Source: an uncultured Sutterella sp.
GTDB lineage: Bacteria; Pseudomonadota; Gammaproteobacteria; Burkholderiales; Burkholderiaceae_F
Length of the DNA: 64,000 nt
Reading direction: 5' to 3'
Assembly: GCA_902388655.1 (NCBI GenBank)
Contig: CABMQD010000001.1
Coordinates: 11,728-75,727 of the forward strand
This document shows positions 9,568 to 17,596 of this stretch, one piece after another. Each line of letters opens with the position of its first letter. The first letter of the stretch is position 1. The position numbers were made by a program, and so were the translations under genes. The notes beneath the pieces were generated by a model. It was not told the origin of the DNA and made no database searches. It saw nothing but the letters and a program-made list of their open reading frames with translations.

Positions 9568-9989
9568 TTAGAGTTGATATGCTTGAGTGTTGCCAACTGC
9601 GTCACCTACTTTCTTGAGGACTTCATACTTGAGGGCGGCAAGGTCGGCTATGGCGGCACGTACCTCGCCGGACAGCGCATGGTAGGGTGCGCCGTACTCA
9701 TTCAGATACCGGGCAATCTGATTGAGGTTGCCGCCGATCCTGCCGTACTCGGCGGCCAACTTTCCGACAGCGGAGAGCAGTTCATCATTGACCGCCGACA
9801 CATGGATAACGGGGCGCGTATGGTGGTGCACCGTATCGCCTGCCGGAGAAATTCCGACTGGCTGATACCATAGGGCGCAAGCCGCGCTGTGAAGTCGGCG
9901 TATTCATCTTCGGACAGCCGGGTTTTCACAACGCGGCTGCGGTGGGGCGTGTTGTATTTCTTTCGCATAGGCTGAAAACCTCCTCTCAC
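9568..9989 (-). pseudogene. mobC: Frameshifted plasmid mobilisation protein MobC (relaxosome accessory protein)
   Basis: The N-terminal RHH-like part (MRKKYNTPHRSRVVKTRLSEDEYADFTARLAPYGISQSEFLRQAIR) is in one frame. The MobC core with the GNLNQIARYLN motif is in another frame. The two halves overlap around 9700-9830. Local GC is higher than the flanks. Confidence 0.6.
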
Positions 9990-10660
9990 TACTCTTATTG
10001 CTGACTTTTTTCGGATTTTGGGCGGAGAAAATTTCCTCTCACTCCTCCCATTGCTTAACTTTTCGGGAAATTACAAAAACTTTTTTTGCATTTCGGCAGA
10101 AAAATCCCTCTATACCTCCCATTGGGCAACTTTTTGGAAAATAACAAAAACTGTTTTCAGCTTTTTCGCCCGTAAGGGCGTATAGCAGGGTTTGGGGAAG
10201 GCACTCCCCAACAAGTTTCCCGCGAGGGACAAAACCGCAGAATTGCGGATTTTGGCACCGTGGTAGAAACTTGCTCTAAGTGAGCCTCAGACTGCCCCCG
10301 TCTGGTTCTTTCGTACATAGAACGGACAGCACAGGGCTTGCGGCCCGCTGTGGGCGGCCTTTTTTCCTTTCGCCAAAGATACATTTGAAAGGCCGCCAGC
10401 TACCCGCTGACCGGGAACTTTTCAAATTTTCTTTTGCCTTAGTAATCCGGGAAATAGGATTTTGGCAACCGGTGGGGCAGAGAATTTTTCCTTTCACTCC
10501 CTACACCACCGCATTTTGAAATTTGCCAAACGGGGCAGGCAGCTTTTTTCTGGCTTCACCTACCTACTACAGGTGACTTCGCGATTTTGCCAAATGGACA
10601 ACAAAAAAGCAGCAAATCTTTTTCAGACTTACTGCTTTCGCTGACCGCCGGTGGCGGCTG
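9960..10660. repeat. Array of imperfect direct repeats (iteron-like) and several inverted repeats; putative oriT/oriV remnant adjacent to mobC
   Basis: At least four ~55-70 bp direct repeats share the cores CCTCTCACTxCTCCCATTGC and AAATT(A/G)CAAAAAC. The motif GATTTTGGCA(A)CCG(G)TGG recurs about 4 times. There is a perfect 10-bp inverted repeat GGCGGCCTTT...AAAGGCCGCC at about 10348-10392. Further stems include CCGCA-GAAT-TGCGG and GTTCT...AGAAC. Confidence 0.5.
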
Positions 10661-10731
10661 GTATTCAGTTTTGAAGTTTGGAGGCAGATTAGCTCGACAA
10701 ATTAGGATTTGTATGCCTTCTTTGAAAAAAT

Positions 10732-11277
10732 CTAATGAAGTAATGCGGTTCTGGTTGTAATTCTTTCTTTTACTTTCAAAACTGTATCTTTAACGGACAG
10801 GTTTGTTGTGTCTATAACATTCACTTCGTATGTTTCAAGATCATGGAATTGCTCCCACATTACCTCAACTAATTCAATGTTAGTCTTCCTGTCTAATTTT
10901 GAGCGGTTAATCGCTCTTCTCGTGGTCTCTTCTTTATTAGCTCTCAAAACGATATAGTGTACTTCATAACCCTCTTGCACAATTTTTAACCACGGCTTTA
11001 AAAACCACGGGCCGATAATACCGTCTACAATTACATCGTATCCACCACGGGCAAAACGCTTTGCTGATTCTAAAAAAGCCTCTATTACAATCAAGTTTTG
11101 TTCGTTTGATTCCGGTAAATGGGGAGGAATTGCTCCCTTTCTAAGATAATGATAAAAATCGTCGGTATGCATATACACAGATTTTTCCATATCAGATTCT
11201 TCAGCAATGATTGCTGATACTGTGCTTTTTCCTGTTCCAGGTGCTCCGGCGACTATAACAATTCTTCCTTTTTCCAT
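10732..11277 (-). CDS. P-loop kinase-like protein (AAA_33 / chloramphenicol-phosphotransferase / TmrB-like small NTP-binding protein)
   Basis: Walker A motif VAGAPGTGKST. 181 aa. The gene is very AT-rich relative to its neighbours, which suggests horizontal acquisition. Confidence 0.55.
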   Translation of the reverse strand: MEKGRIVIVAGAPGTGKSTVSAIIAEESDMEKSVYMHTDDFYHYLRKGAIPPHLPESNEQNLIVIEAFLESAKRFARGGYDVIVDGIIGPWFLKPWLKIVQEGYEVHYIVLRANKEETTRRAINRSKLDRKTNIELVEVMWEQFHDLETYEVNVIDTTNLSVKDTVLKVKERITTRTALLH

Positions 11278-11494
11278 TTATTTATCCCCTCAAATTCCAA
11301 TTTATCACTGATTTTATTACACTACGGGCAGGATAGGTTTGGAAATAGCTGAATTGTAAACTGTTAGGGCAAAAGCGGACATTTTCACGTTGCTCTAACA
11401 GAGTTTAGAAATAGTTGGGCTGCTGTCTGTCAAATTCTTGTGTGCTACTTTATAGCACATGAGCATTTAGTCGAGAGTTGTTTACGAACGATGA

Positions 11495-11526
11495 CCTGAG
11501 CCTCCATAGGTTCAGGCCACTTTTTT
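11495..11526 (+). terminator. Plus-strand stem-loop plus T6 with no annotated plus-strand gene upstream
   Basis: CCUGAGC-cuccauag-GUUCAGG stem, then CCAC, then UUUUUU. Confidence 0.3.
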
Positions 11527-11555
11527 AACTTTTTAGGACTGATCCGTGTGTTCAA

Positions 11556-12017
11556 TCACCGAGAATGGCAACCGCATTCGTGCTTAGTTTTCATCGCACG
11601 AATAAACCACAGCTGTTTCGAAAAACCTGCCACAAAGCCCTCAAACATCGCCTGGATTTCAAAATCATCCGATTCAGCAGCCTCTTTTCGGATCTCAAGC
11701 GCCAAGTCTCTCATCGCCATCATGTCGGCTTCAATCATAGAAACCACCTCATGACCGGAGAAGTCCTTGGGGGAAACCTCCTCGATAGTCGCAAACACCA
11801 AATAATCCTTCATCGTTGAAAGCGGCACTTCTGACTTCATTTTCAATGCTTCGGCAACTGAGTCAAAAGCTTCAAAAGTTTCGTCATAGAGAGCTTCGGT
11901 CAGGTCATGCAACGGTTTGAAGAAATGACCAGTCACATTCCAATGCAGATTGTGCAGCTTGACATTCCATACAGCGAGGTTCGCCAAATAAACGTTCAAT
12001 TTCTTGGAGCATGTCAT
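11556..12017 (-). CDS. dps: Dps-family DNA-binding ferritin-like protein
   Basis: Dps signature (LNxxLAxWNVKLHNLHWNVTGHFFKPLHDLTE..). Ferritin-like four-helix pattern. C-terminal tail ends KHECGCHSR. Confidence 0.8.
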   Translation of the reverse strand: MTCSKKLNVYLANLAVWNVKLHNLHWNVTGHFFKPLHDLTEALYDETFEAFDSVAEALKMKSEVPLSTMKDYLVFATIEEVSPKDFSGHEVVSMIEADMMAMRDLALEIRKEAAESDDFEIQAMFEGFVAGFSKQLWFIRAMKTKHECGCHSR

Positions 12018-12314
12018 GATTTTCTCCTTCTTTGTTAACTAATTCCTTTTGTGTTTATCTTATTATTCTTTTTAATGAGAATCAATCTTATTTTGTTTCT
12101 AAGTGTATGATTTATATTGATATCTATGGTTTCAATAGTTTTCTGTCCATCCATTGCTTAAGTTTTGCGAATATTTGCTATTTATTGGAATTTATTGGAT
12201 AATTCGGCTTCTCTGTCGGAACGTGGAGTTGCATGCCCGCGATAAGACCTCACCCTTGGGGCGCATGCGCAAGGCACTCAGGGCGGCCGATGATTTTTTA
12301 GGAAAACTATACAA

Positions 12315-12575
12315 ATGAAACAAGGTATTCATCCCGAATATCGCGAAGTGGCCTTCTGCGATTTGTCCATCAACAAGACGTTCATCATCAAGTCGACCGC
12401 CCAAACCAAGGAAACGGTTGAAATCGACGGTGTGACCTATCCGCTCGTCAAGCTCGATACGTCTTCTGAAAGCCATCCCTTCTACACGGGCGCTCAAACG
12501 CGTATCGTGGAAGCCGGCCGTGTGGAAAAATTCCGCGCCAAGTACGCCAATCTCGCCAAGAAGGCTGCGAAGTAA
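12315..12575 (+). CDS. rpmE2: 50S ribosomal protein L31 type B (non-zinc paralogue)
   Basis: 86 aa starting MKQGIHPEYREV. Lacks the CxxC pairs of zinc-binding L31. Resembles E. coli YkgM. Confidence 0.8.
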   Translation: MKQGIHPEYREVAFCDLSINKTFIIKSTAQTKETVEIDGVTYPLVKLDTSSESHPFYTGAQTRIVEAGRVEKFRAKYANLAKKAAK

Positions 12576-12671
12576 TTTTCTTTCGAAAGTTTTTCGCCAA
12601 AAGAGGCAGTCTGTCCATTAGACTGCCTCTTTTCGTTAAAATAGCTAAGTCAAATTCATTAGCCTGTATCC

Positions 12672-14390
12672 ATGTTTGAAGAACGCCCCTCCCCGGTTGT
12701 CGCATCGGCCGCTTCGGCGCGCAAGTTGCCCCGAATGGCCCTGTTGGCCCTGTTAGTCATATTCATTATTCCCGGGCTGTTGTCGCGAGACTTCTGGAGT
12801 TCCTACGAACTGACGAGTTTTGCTTTGGTGCAAGAGATGCTCCAAGGCGACGCCGTGTCTTGGCTTCTTCCGAAATTGGGCGGCGCGGACTATGTCACCG
12901 ATGGTCCGCTCACCATTTGGATCTCGGCTATTTTTGCCAAAATTTTCGGGCCGATTTTTTCTGAAGCGAGCGCCAGCCGCTTAAGTGTTCTTGTCTGGTT
13001 TGCCATCGCCTCTTCGAGCATCTGGTACGGAACATGGTACCTCGCTCGTCGCGCCGAAGCGCAACCGGTTGTGCTCGCTTTCGGCGGTGAAGCTTCCCCC
13101 ATTGATTACGGCCGAGTGGTTGCCGATGCCGCTTTATTAATGTTTGTAGCCACCTTCGGGCTTTTTGTACCGATTCGACAGCTTTATGTCGAGACCGCGC
13201 ATCTGGCCGTCATCGCGCTTTTCTTCTTTTCTCTAGCTTGGACTCTTCGCCGTGATGTGTTGGCACCTCTTTTAACCGGAATTGCCGCGGGCGCCGCGGT
13301 TTTGGTTTGCAACCTTTTCTCAGGCATTTCACTTTTGGTGATTGCCCTGTTTATTCATGCGCGTGTCCACGCCTACGAAACCCCATTTATTAACCGCGCC
13401 ACGCTCATCATTGTGGCGGCCTCGGCCACGTTCTTCATTTGGCCGATTCTGGCGGTCGCGGTTGCTATTGAAACGGTGGATGCCTGGTTTGCCAACTGGT
13501 GGCAGGCTCAGCTGGACTTTATTGGCGTAATCTCCACCTCGGATGTCCTTTGGTCGCTGGAAAACTTCATCTGGTATCTCTGGCCTTTGTGGCCCTTTGC
13601 TCTCCTAGGGTTGTATTCCTTCCGCAAGCAGCTGGATCGCACGCACATCAAGCTTCCGCTTTGGCTCTTCATCGGGTTATTTGCCCTGTCTCTGCTCGGA
13701 CATGTATCCGGTGAGCGCTTCCTGATGCTTTTGACGGTCCCGCTTTGCATTTTGTCGGCTTTCGGTCTTTTGTCCGCCAAGCGCTCCCAGGAAAATATCC
13801 TCGACTGGTTCTCGGCCACGGTCTTCACGTTGGGCATGGTGACGATTTGGCTTTACTTTTTTGCATGGCAAACCGGTTGGCCACCCAAGATGTACAAGTC
13901 CATCGTCAATCTCGCCCCGGGCATCCCGTCTTCCTTGCACGGACTGCTTTTCGTGCTCTGCTTTGTGACTTTCCTCGTGTGGCTTACTCTCGTACTTTGG
14001 CGCATGAACCACTCTCAAGTTGTGGCCTGGAAGGGTCCCTGGCTTGCCGCGGCGGGTATTTCCGCATTGAGCATCACCACGGTTTACCTCTTTGAGCCGG
14101 TGATTGACCGAGCTCGCAGCTATGAGCCCATCGTGCATGAGGTTATGAATGACTATCAGGCCCGCGCAGGACAAAAAGATTGCATGAGCGCCGAAGAAAT
14201 GGATCCCGTTAAAGAGGTCCTTTTTACCTATTACGGCTTACCCCTAACCAAAAGCGAATCCTGTCGTTTCGTTTTTACCACTGAGCGTTTTACCAAAGAA
14301 CAGGCCATCAAAGAGTCTTCTGTTTTAGGCCGTTACAGCCGTCCGCGTGACCGCGAACGCTTTGTGCTTTTCGACCAAGGTGAAGAATGA
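12672..14390 (+). CDS. GT-C family glycosyltransferase, ArnT/PMT_2-like (undecaprenyl-phosphate-sugar dependent, polytopic membrane protein)
   Basis: About 11 TM helices. The N-terminal loop motif resembles the ArnT DE-containing loop. The C-terminal periplasmic domain ends ...RERFVLFDQGEE, compared with ArnT ...RQERLVLIQYRPK. Comparison is from memory. Confidence 0.5.
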   Translation: MFEERPSPVVASAASARKLPRMALLALLVIFIIPGLLSRDFWSSYELTSFALVQEMLQGDAVSWLLPKLGGADYVTDGPLTIWISAIFAKIFGPIFSEASASRLSVLVWFAIASSSIWYGTWYLARRAEAQPVVLAFGGEASPIDYGRVVADAALLMFVATFGLFVPIRQLYVETAHLAVIALFFFSLAWTLRRDVLAPLLTGIAAGAAVLVCNLFSGISLLVIALFIHARVHAYETPFINRATLIIVAASATFFIWPILAVAVAIETVDAWFANWWQAQLDFIGVISTSDVLWSLENFIWYLWPLWPFALLGLYSFRKQLDRTHIKLPLWLFIGLFALSLLGHVSGERFLMLLTVPLCILSAFGLLSAKRSQENILDWFSATVFTLGMVTIWLYFFAWQTGWPPKMYKSIVNLAPGIPSSLHGLLFVLCFVTFLVWLTLVLWRMNHSQVVAWKGPWLAAAGISALSITTVYLFEPVIDRARSYEPIVHEVMNDYQARAGQKDCMSAEEMDPVKEVLFTYYGLPLTKSESCRFVFTTERFTKEQAIKESSVLGRYSRPRDRERFVLFDQGEE

Positions 14391-15796
14391 GTCATCCGCT
14401 TCCGCAACGCCTGACCCCGCCTGATATCTCCGGCCGCGCCATTGCCAAACTCGCGGGTCCGATTTTTGTTGCCAACATCGCCATTGTAGGCGGCGGCACG
14501 ATTGACACCATCATGGCCGGGCATTTGGGTGCGGACCACCTGGCCGCTATCGCCTTAGGGCTTGCCTCCATGATCATGGTTTTCATGGGACTTGTCGGTA
14601 TCCTGCAAGGGATGAGCCCGTTGGCTGGCCACCACTTCGGTGCCCGTCAGTACGAAAGAATCGGCTTTGAACTCTCCCAATGTCTGTGGCTTGCGCTTTT
14701 CTTATGCTTTATCGGCGTGCCGCTATTGGCCTGCACTGATATCTGGACGGACTTGGCTCAAGCCATGGGACCGGTCAAAACCATGGCGGCTCAGTATCTC
14801 TTAATCAGCACCGTGGGCTTGCCCGCGGCTTTGGGTGGTCGAGCCTTCGTGGCGCTAAACGCCGCAGTTTCCCGTCCCAAGGTGACCATGTACGTATCTG
14901 TAGCGATGGTGCTCCTAAAGGCTCCCTTAAACGCAGTATTCATGTACGGTTGGCTCGGCTTCGACGCCATGGGCGGAGCCGGTGCCGCGGTCTCCTCAAC
15001 AATTTTGACGTGGCTGTCTTTCTTCGTTTATATCTTTGTTTGGAAAAAAGACCGCTTTTACGAACAGATGCGCTGCAAGCGTTTTTACGGTCCCGATTTC
15101 AAGGCAATCGGCGCTCAACTGAAGATCGGCATCCCAATCGGTCTTTCCACTTTCTTTGAAGTGAGCTCTTTTACGCTGATGGCGATTTTCATTTCCCGTT
15201 TTGGCGCCGTGACGGTTTCGGCTCACCAGATCGTTGCGAACATCACCGGACTCTGTTATATGCTCGCGCTCTCCATCGGTATTTCCTGCACGGTGCTTGT
15301 CTCTCAGTGTTTGGGCGCCGGCTGGCCAAGCGTAGCTGAAAAAGCCACTCGCAAATGCCTCACCATCTCTGTGGTTGTCGCCAGCATTGTCGCTCTTTCA
15401 CTCTTTTTCGGCAGAAGCTTTTTGCTCGCCCTCTACACGAGTGATGAAACGGTGATTCGCATTGGCTTCTCGCTTATCATTTTCGGCATCCTCTACCATG
15501 TCTTTGATGCCATGCAATGCGTTAGCGCTTTCGCGCTCAGAGGCTATCGCGTCACCTTCTGGCCCATGGTGATTTACGGAGTTCTGCTTTGGGGTGTCGG
15601 TCTTTTGGGCGGCTACTACATCGCCTTTATCGGTGAACCCTTTACCCAACCGCTTGCCGCTTATGGTTTTTGGGGCATGACCGCTTTGGGGCTTTTCTTA
15701 GCCGGCGTGGCTTTGGCAATCACCGCGCTTTACGTGGCGCGCACCCGAACCAAAGAGGAAGAAGCTGTCGCGAAGAAAGCCGCCGAACTCCAATAA
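14387..15796 (+). CDS. MATE-family (MOP superfamily) transporter, NorM/DinF-like
   Basis: 469 aa with 12 predicted TM segments and a typical MATE sequence. The start ATG overlaps the stop of the upstream GT-C gene (ATGA). Confidence 0.8.
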   Translation: MSHPLPQRLTPPDISGRAIAKLAGPIFVANIAIVGGGTIDTIMAGHLGADHLAAIALGLASMIMVFMGLVGILQGMSPLAGHHFGARQYERIGFELSQCLWLALFLCFIGVPLLACTDIWTDLAQAMGPVKTMAAQYLLISTVGLPAALGGRAFVALNAAVSRPKVTMYVSVAMVLLKAPLNAVFMYGWLGFDAMGGAGAAVSSTILTWLSFFVYIFVWKKDRFYEQMRCKRFYGPDFKAIGAQLKIGIPIGLSTFFEVSSFTLMAIFISRFGAVTVSAHQIVANITGLCYMLALSIGISCTVLVSQCLGAGWPSVAEKATRKCLTISVVVASIVALSLFFGRSFLLALYTSDETVIRIGFSLIIFGILYHVFDAMQCVSAFALRGYRVTFWPMVIYGVLLWGVGLLGGYYIAFIGEPFTQPLAAYGFWGMTALGLFLAGVALAITALYVARTRTKEEEAVAKKAAELQ

Positions 15797-15832
15797 TTTC
15801 TTCTTTTTCAAAACCATTAACAACCACCGGCA

Positions 15833-15870
15833 TTTTGCAATTTGTCAAAACCACGACAAATTGCAAAATC
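15833..15870. promoter_or_regulatory. Perfect 15-bp inverted repeat ATTTTGCAATTTGTC-N8-GACAAATTGCAAAAT (putative operator, or AT-rich terminator) upstream of the SIMPL-domain gene
   Basis: Exact reverse-complement arms at 15833-15847 and 15856-15870. Confidence 0.5.
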
Positions 15871-15933
15871 GCTTTGTTTTGCTCTCGAGCCGCGATATGA
15901 TGAGATCAAGTCCATTTTTATCAGGAGTCGATC

Positions 15934-16632
15934 ATGAGCATGCAACAGAATTTAATCGCCGGAATTTGCGTGGCTGTCGGTATCGCCTCCGTGGGCGTAT
16001 CACTTAAGGCCGGAATTGATCATTTTGTCGACCGCGATCGCGTGGTCACAGTCAAGGGATTGGCCGAACGCAATGTGGCGGCCGATTACGTGATCTGGCC
16101 CGTAACATTCAGAGTCACCGGCAACGATCTCGGCGCACTTTACCAGAAAGCGCAAATACAAAGTGAAGAAATTCGTCATTTCCTGATGGACCAAGGCATT
16201 AAAGCCGACGACATTTCACAAGGCACACCCTCGGTTCAGGACTTGCATGCCGACTTTTACGGCAATAATCTGCCGCCCGAGCGCTATCGCATGGAAATGG
16301 CTGTCTCCGTTGCCACCACGGACGTTGACACGGTATTAAAAGCCATGGTCAACCAAAGTGAACTCATTCAAAAAGGCGTGCTTTTCACTCAAAACTACCG
16401 CACGCAGTTTTCGTTTAACGGTTTAAACGAAATTAAGCCCGCAATGGTTGAAGAAGCAACGAAAAACGCTCGGTCAACCGCGCAAAAGTTTGCAGAAGAC
16501 AGTGACAGTGAATTAGGGAAAATTCGCCGAGCTTCGCAAGGACAGTTTACGATTTACGATCGAGACAGCAATACGCCGTACATCAAGCGAGTGCGTGTGG
16601 TCACCACGGTTGAGTATTACTTAAAAGATTAG
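15934..16632 (+). CDS. SIMPL-domain (DUF541) periplasmic/membrane-anchored protein, YggE-like
   Basis: N-terminal TM/signal anchor. Length and pattern are consistent with the YggE family. Similarity is moderate. Confidence 0.55.
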   Translation: MSMQQNLIAGICVAVGIASVGVSLKAGIDHFVDRDRVVTVKGLAERNVAADYVIWPVTFRVTGNDLGALYQKAQIQSEEIRHFLMDQGIKADDISQGTPSVQDLHADFYGNNLPPERYRMEMAVSVATTDVDTVLKAMVNQSELIQKGVLFTQNYRTQFSFNGLNEIKPAMVEEATKNARSTAQKFAEDSDSELGKIRRASQGQFTIYDRDSNTPYIKRVRVVTTVEYYLKD

Positions 16633-16645
16633 GACATTTAGCTTT

Positions 16646-16670
16646 AAGGCCGTCTTGGAGCGGCCTTTTT
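16646..16670 (+). terminator. Stem-loop AAGGCCG-N8-CGGCCTT plus T5; terminator between convergent genes
   Basis: GC stem followed by TTTTT. Overlaps the miaA stop. Confidence 0.45.
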
Positions 16671-17596
16671 CAGGCGTTTAAAAAGGCTTCAATCGCCTTT
16701 GAGGCTACGGCGAAAGCGTCTTCTTCAAACGGGTCTATCGCCAAGAGTTCAGGCATGGAGCGCATCCAGGTCATCTGTCGCTTAGCAAGCTGGCGGGTCG
16801 AAGCAACGCCTGCGGCAACAAAGTGCTCGTAATTGGTTTCTCCCAAAAGATAATCGAAAGCCTGACGATAGCCCACCGCTCGCATGGAAGGCAAGTTGCG
16901 ATCAAAACGACAATCGTTCATTAAACCTCGGGCCTCGTCCAAAAAGCCGCCTTCGATCATCAAACGGAAACGTTTCTCAATTCGTTCATGCAGCAGGGCT
17001 CGATTTTTCGGTAACAGCCCCAAAGTCAAAAAATCATGTTTCGAGCCTTCATTTTTCTGATTCTGATAAAACGAAATGGGTTTACCGGTCTGCCGATACA
17101 CTTCAAGCGCGCGGCTGATGCGCTGAGAATCCGTTGTATGCAGGCGTGAAGCGGTCTGCGGATCCACAGACTTTAAATTCTCGTGCATTGCGGGCCAACC
17201 AAACTGCGCAGCTTCCGATTCGATTTGCGCACGCACCGCCAAGTCGCTCGATGGCATTTCATTGAGCCCATCTTTTAGCGCTTTGGCATAAAGCATCGTG
17301 CCACCCACAATTAAAGGCAACCGTCCTCGGGAAGCGATGTCTTCAATCAATGCTTCGCAATCTCGGAAAAAATCCGCCGCGCTGTAGCTTTCAAAAGGAT
17401 CCCGGATATCAATCAAATAATGCGGAACCCCTTCTCTTTCAGCTTCAGTGGGTTTGGCCGTGCCGATATCCATCCCCCGATAGACTAAAGCGGAATCGAT
17501 GGAGATAATCTCCGCATCAAAGTGATGAGCAAGACGAACCCCTAGAGCGGTTTTTCCGCTCGCTGTCGGCCCTAATAAAAGAACCGCCTTAGCCAT
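16670..17596 (-). CDS. miaA: tRNA dimethylallyltransferase
   Basis: P-loop GPTASGKT and a MiaA-typical sequence. 308 aa. Confidence 0.9.
   Translation of the reverse strand: MAKAVLLLGPTASGKTALGVRLAHHFDAEIISIDSALVYRGMDIGTAKPTEAEREGVPHYLIDIRDPFESYSAADFFRDCEALIEDIASRGRLPLIVGGTMLYAKALKDGLNEMPSSDLAVRAQIESEAAQFGWPAMHENLKSVDPQTASRLHTTDSQRISRALEVYRQTGKPISFYQNQKNEGSKHDFLTLGLLPKNRALLHERIEKRFRLMIEGGFLDEARGLMNDCRFDRNLPSMRAVGYRQAFDYLLGETNYEHFVAAGVASTRQLAKRQMTWMRSMPELLAIDPFEEDAFAVASKAIEAFLNA

Noticed and set aside
9574-9873. 99-aa plus-strand ORF over mobC
   Set aside because: The MobC homology is on the minus strand. The plus-strand frame has no recognisable features.
9960-10660. Possible CRISPR array
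   Set aside because: Repeat units are long (55-70 bp), imperfect and irregularly spaced. There are no uniform short repeats or spacers and no cas genes. The region is better explained as plasmid iterons or oriT.
12192-12314. Zur box upstream of rpmE2 (L31 type B is usually Zur-regulated)
   Set aside because: No AT-rich GAAATGTTATAATATAACATTTC-like palindrome is present. Only a GC-rich partial repeat (GCATGCCC...GGGCGCATGC) was seen, so no Zur site is called.
13677-14174. 165-aa minus-strand ORF
   Set aside because: Embedded antisense within the GT-C glycosyltransferase gene.
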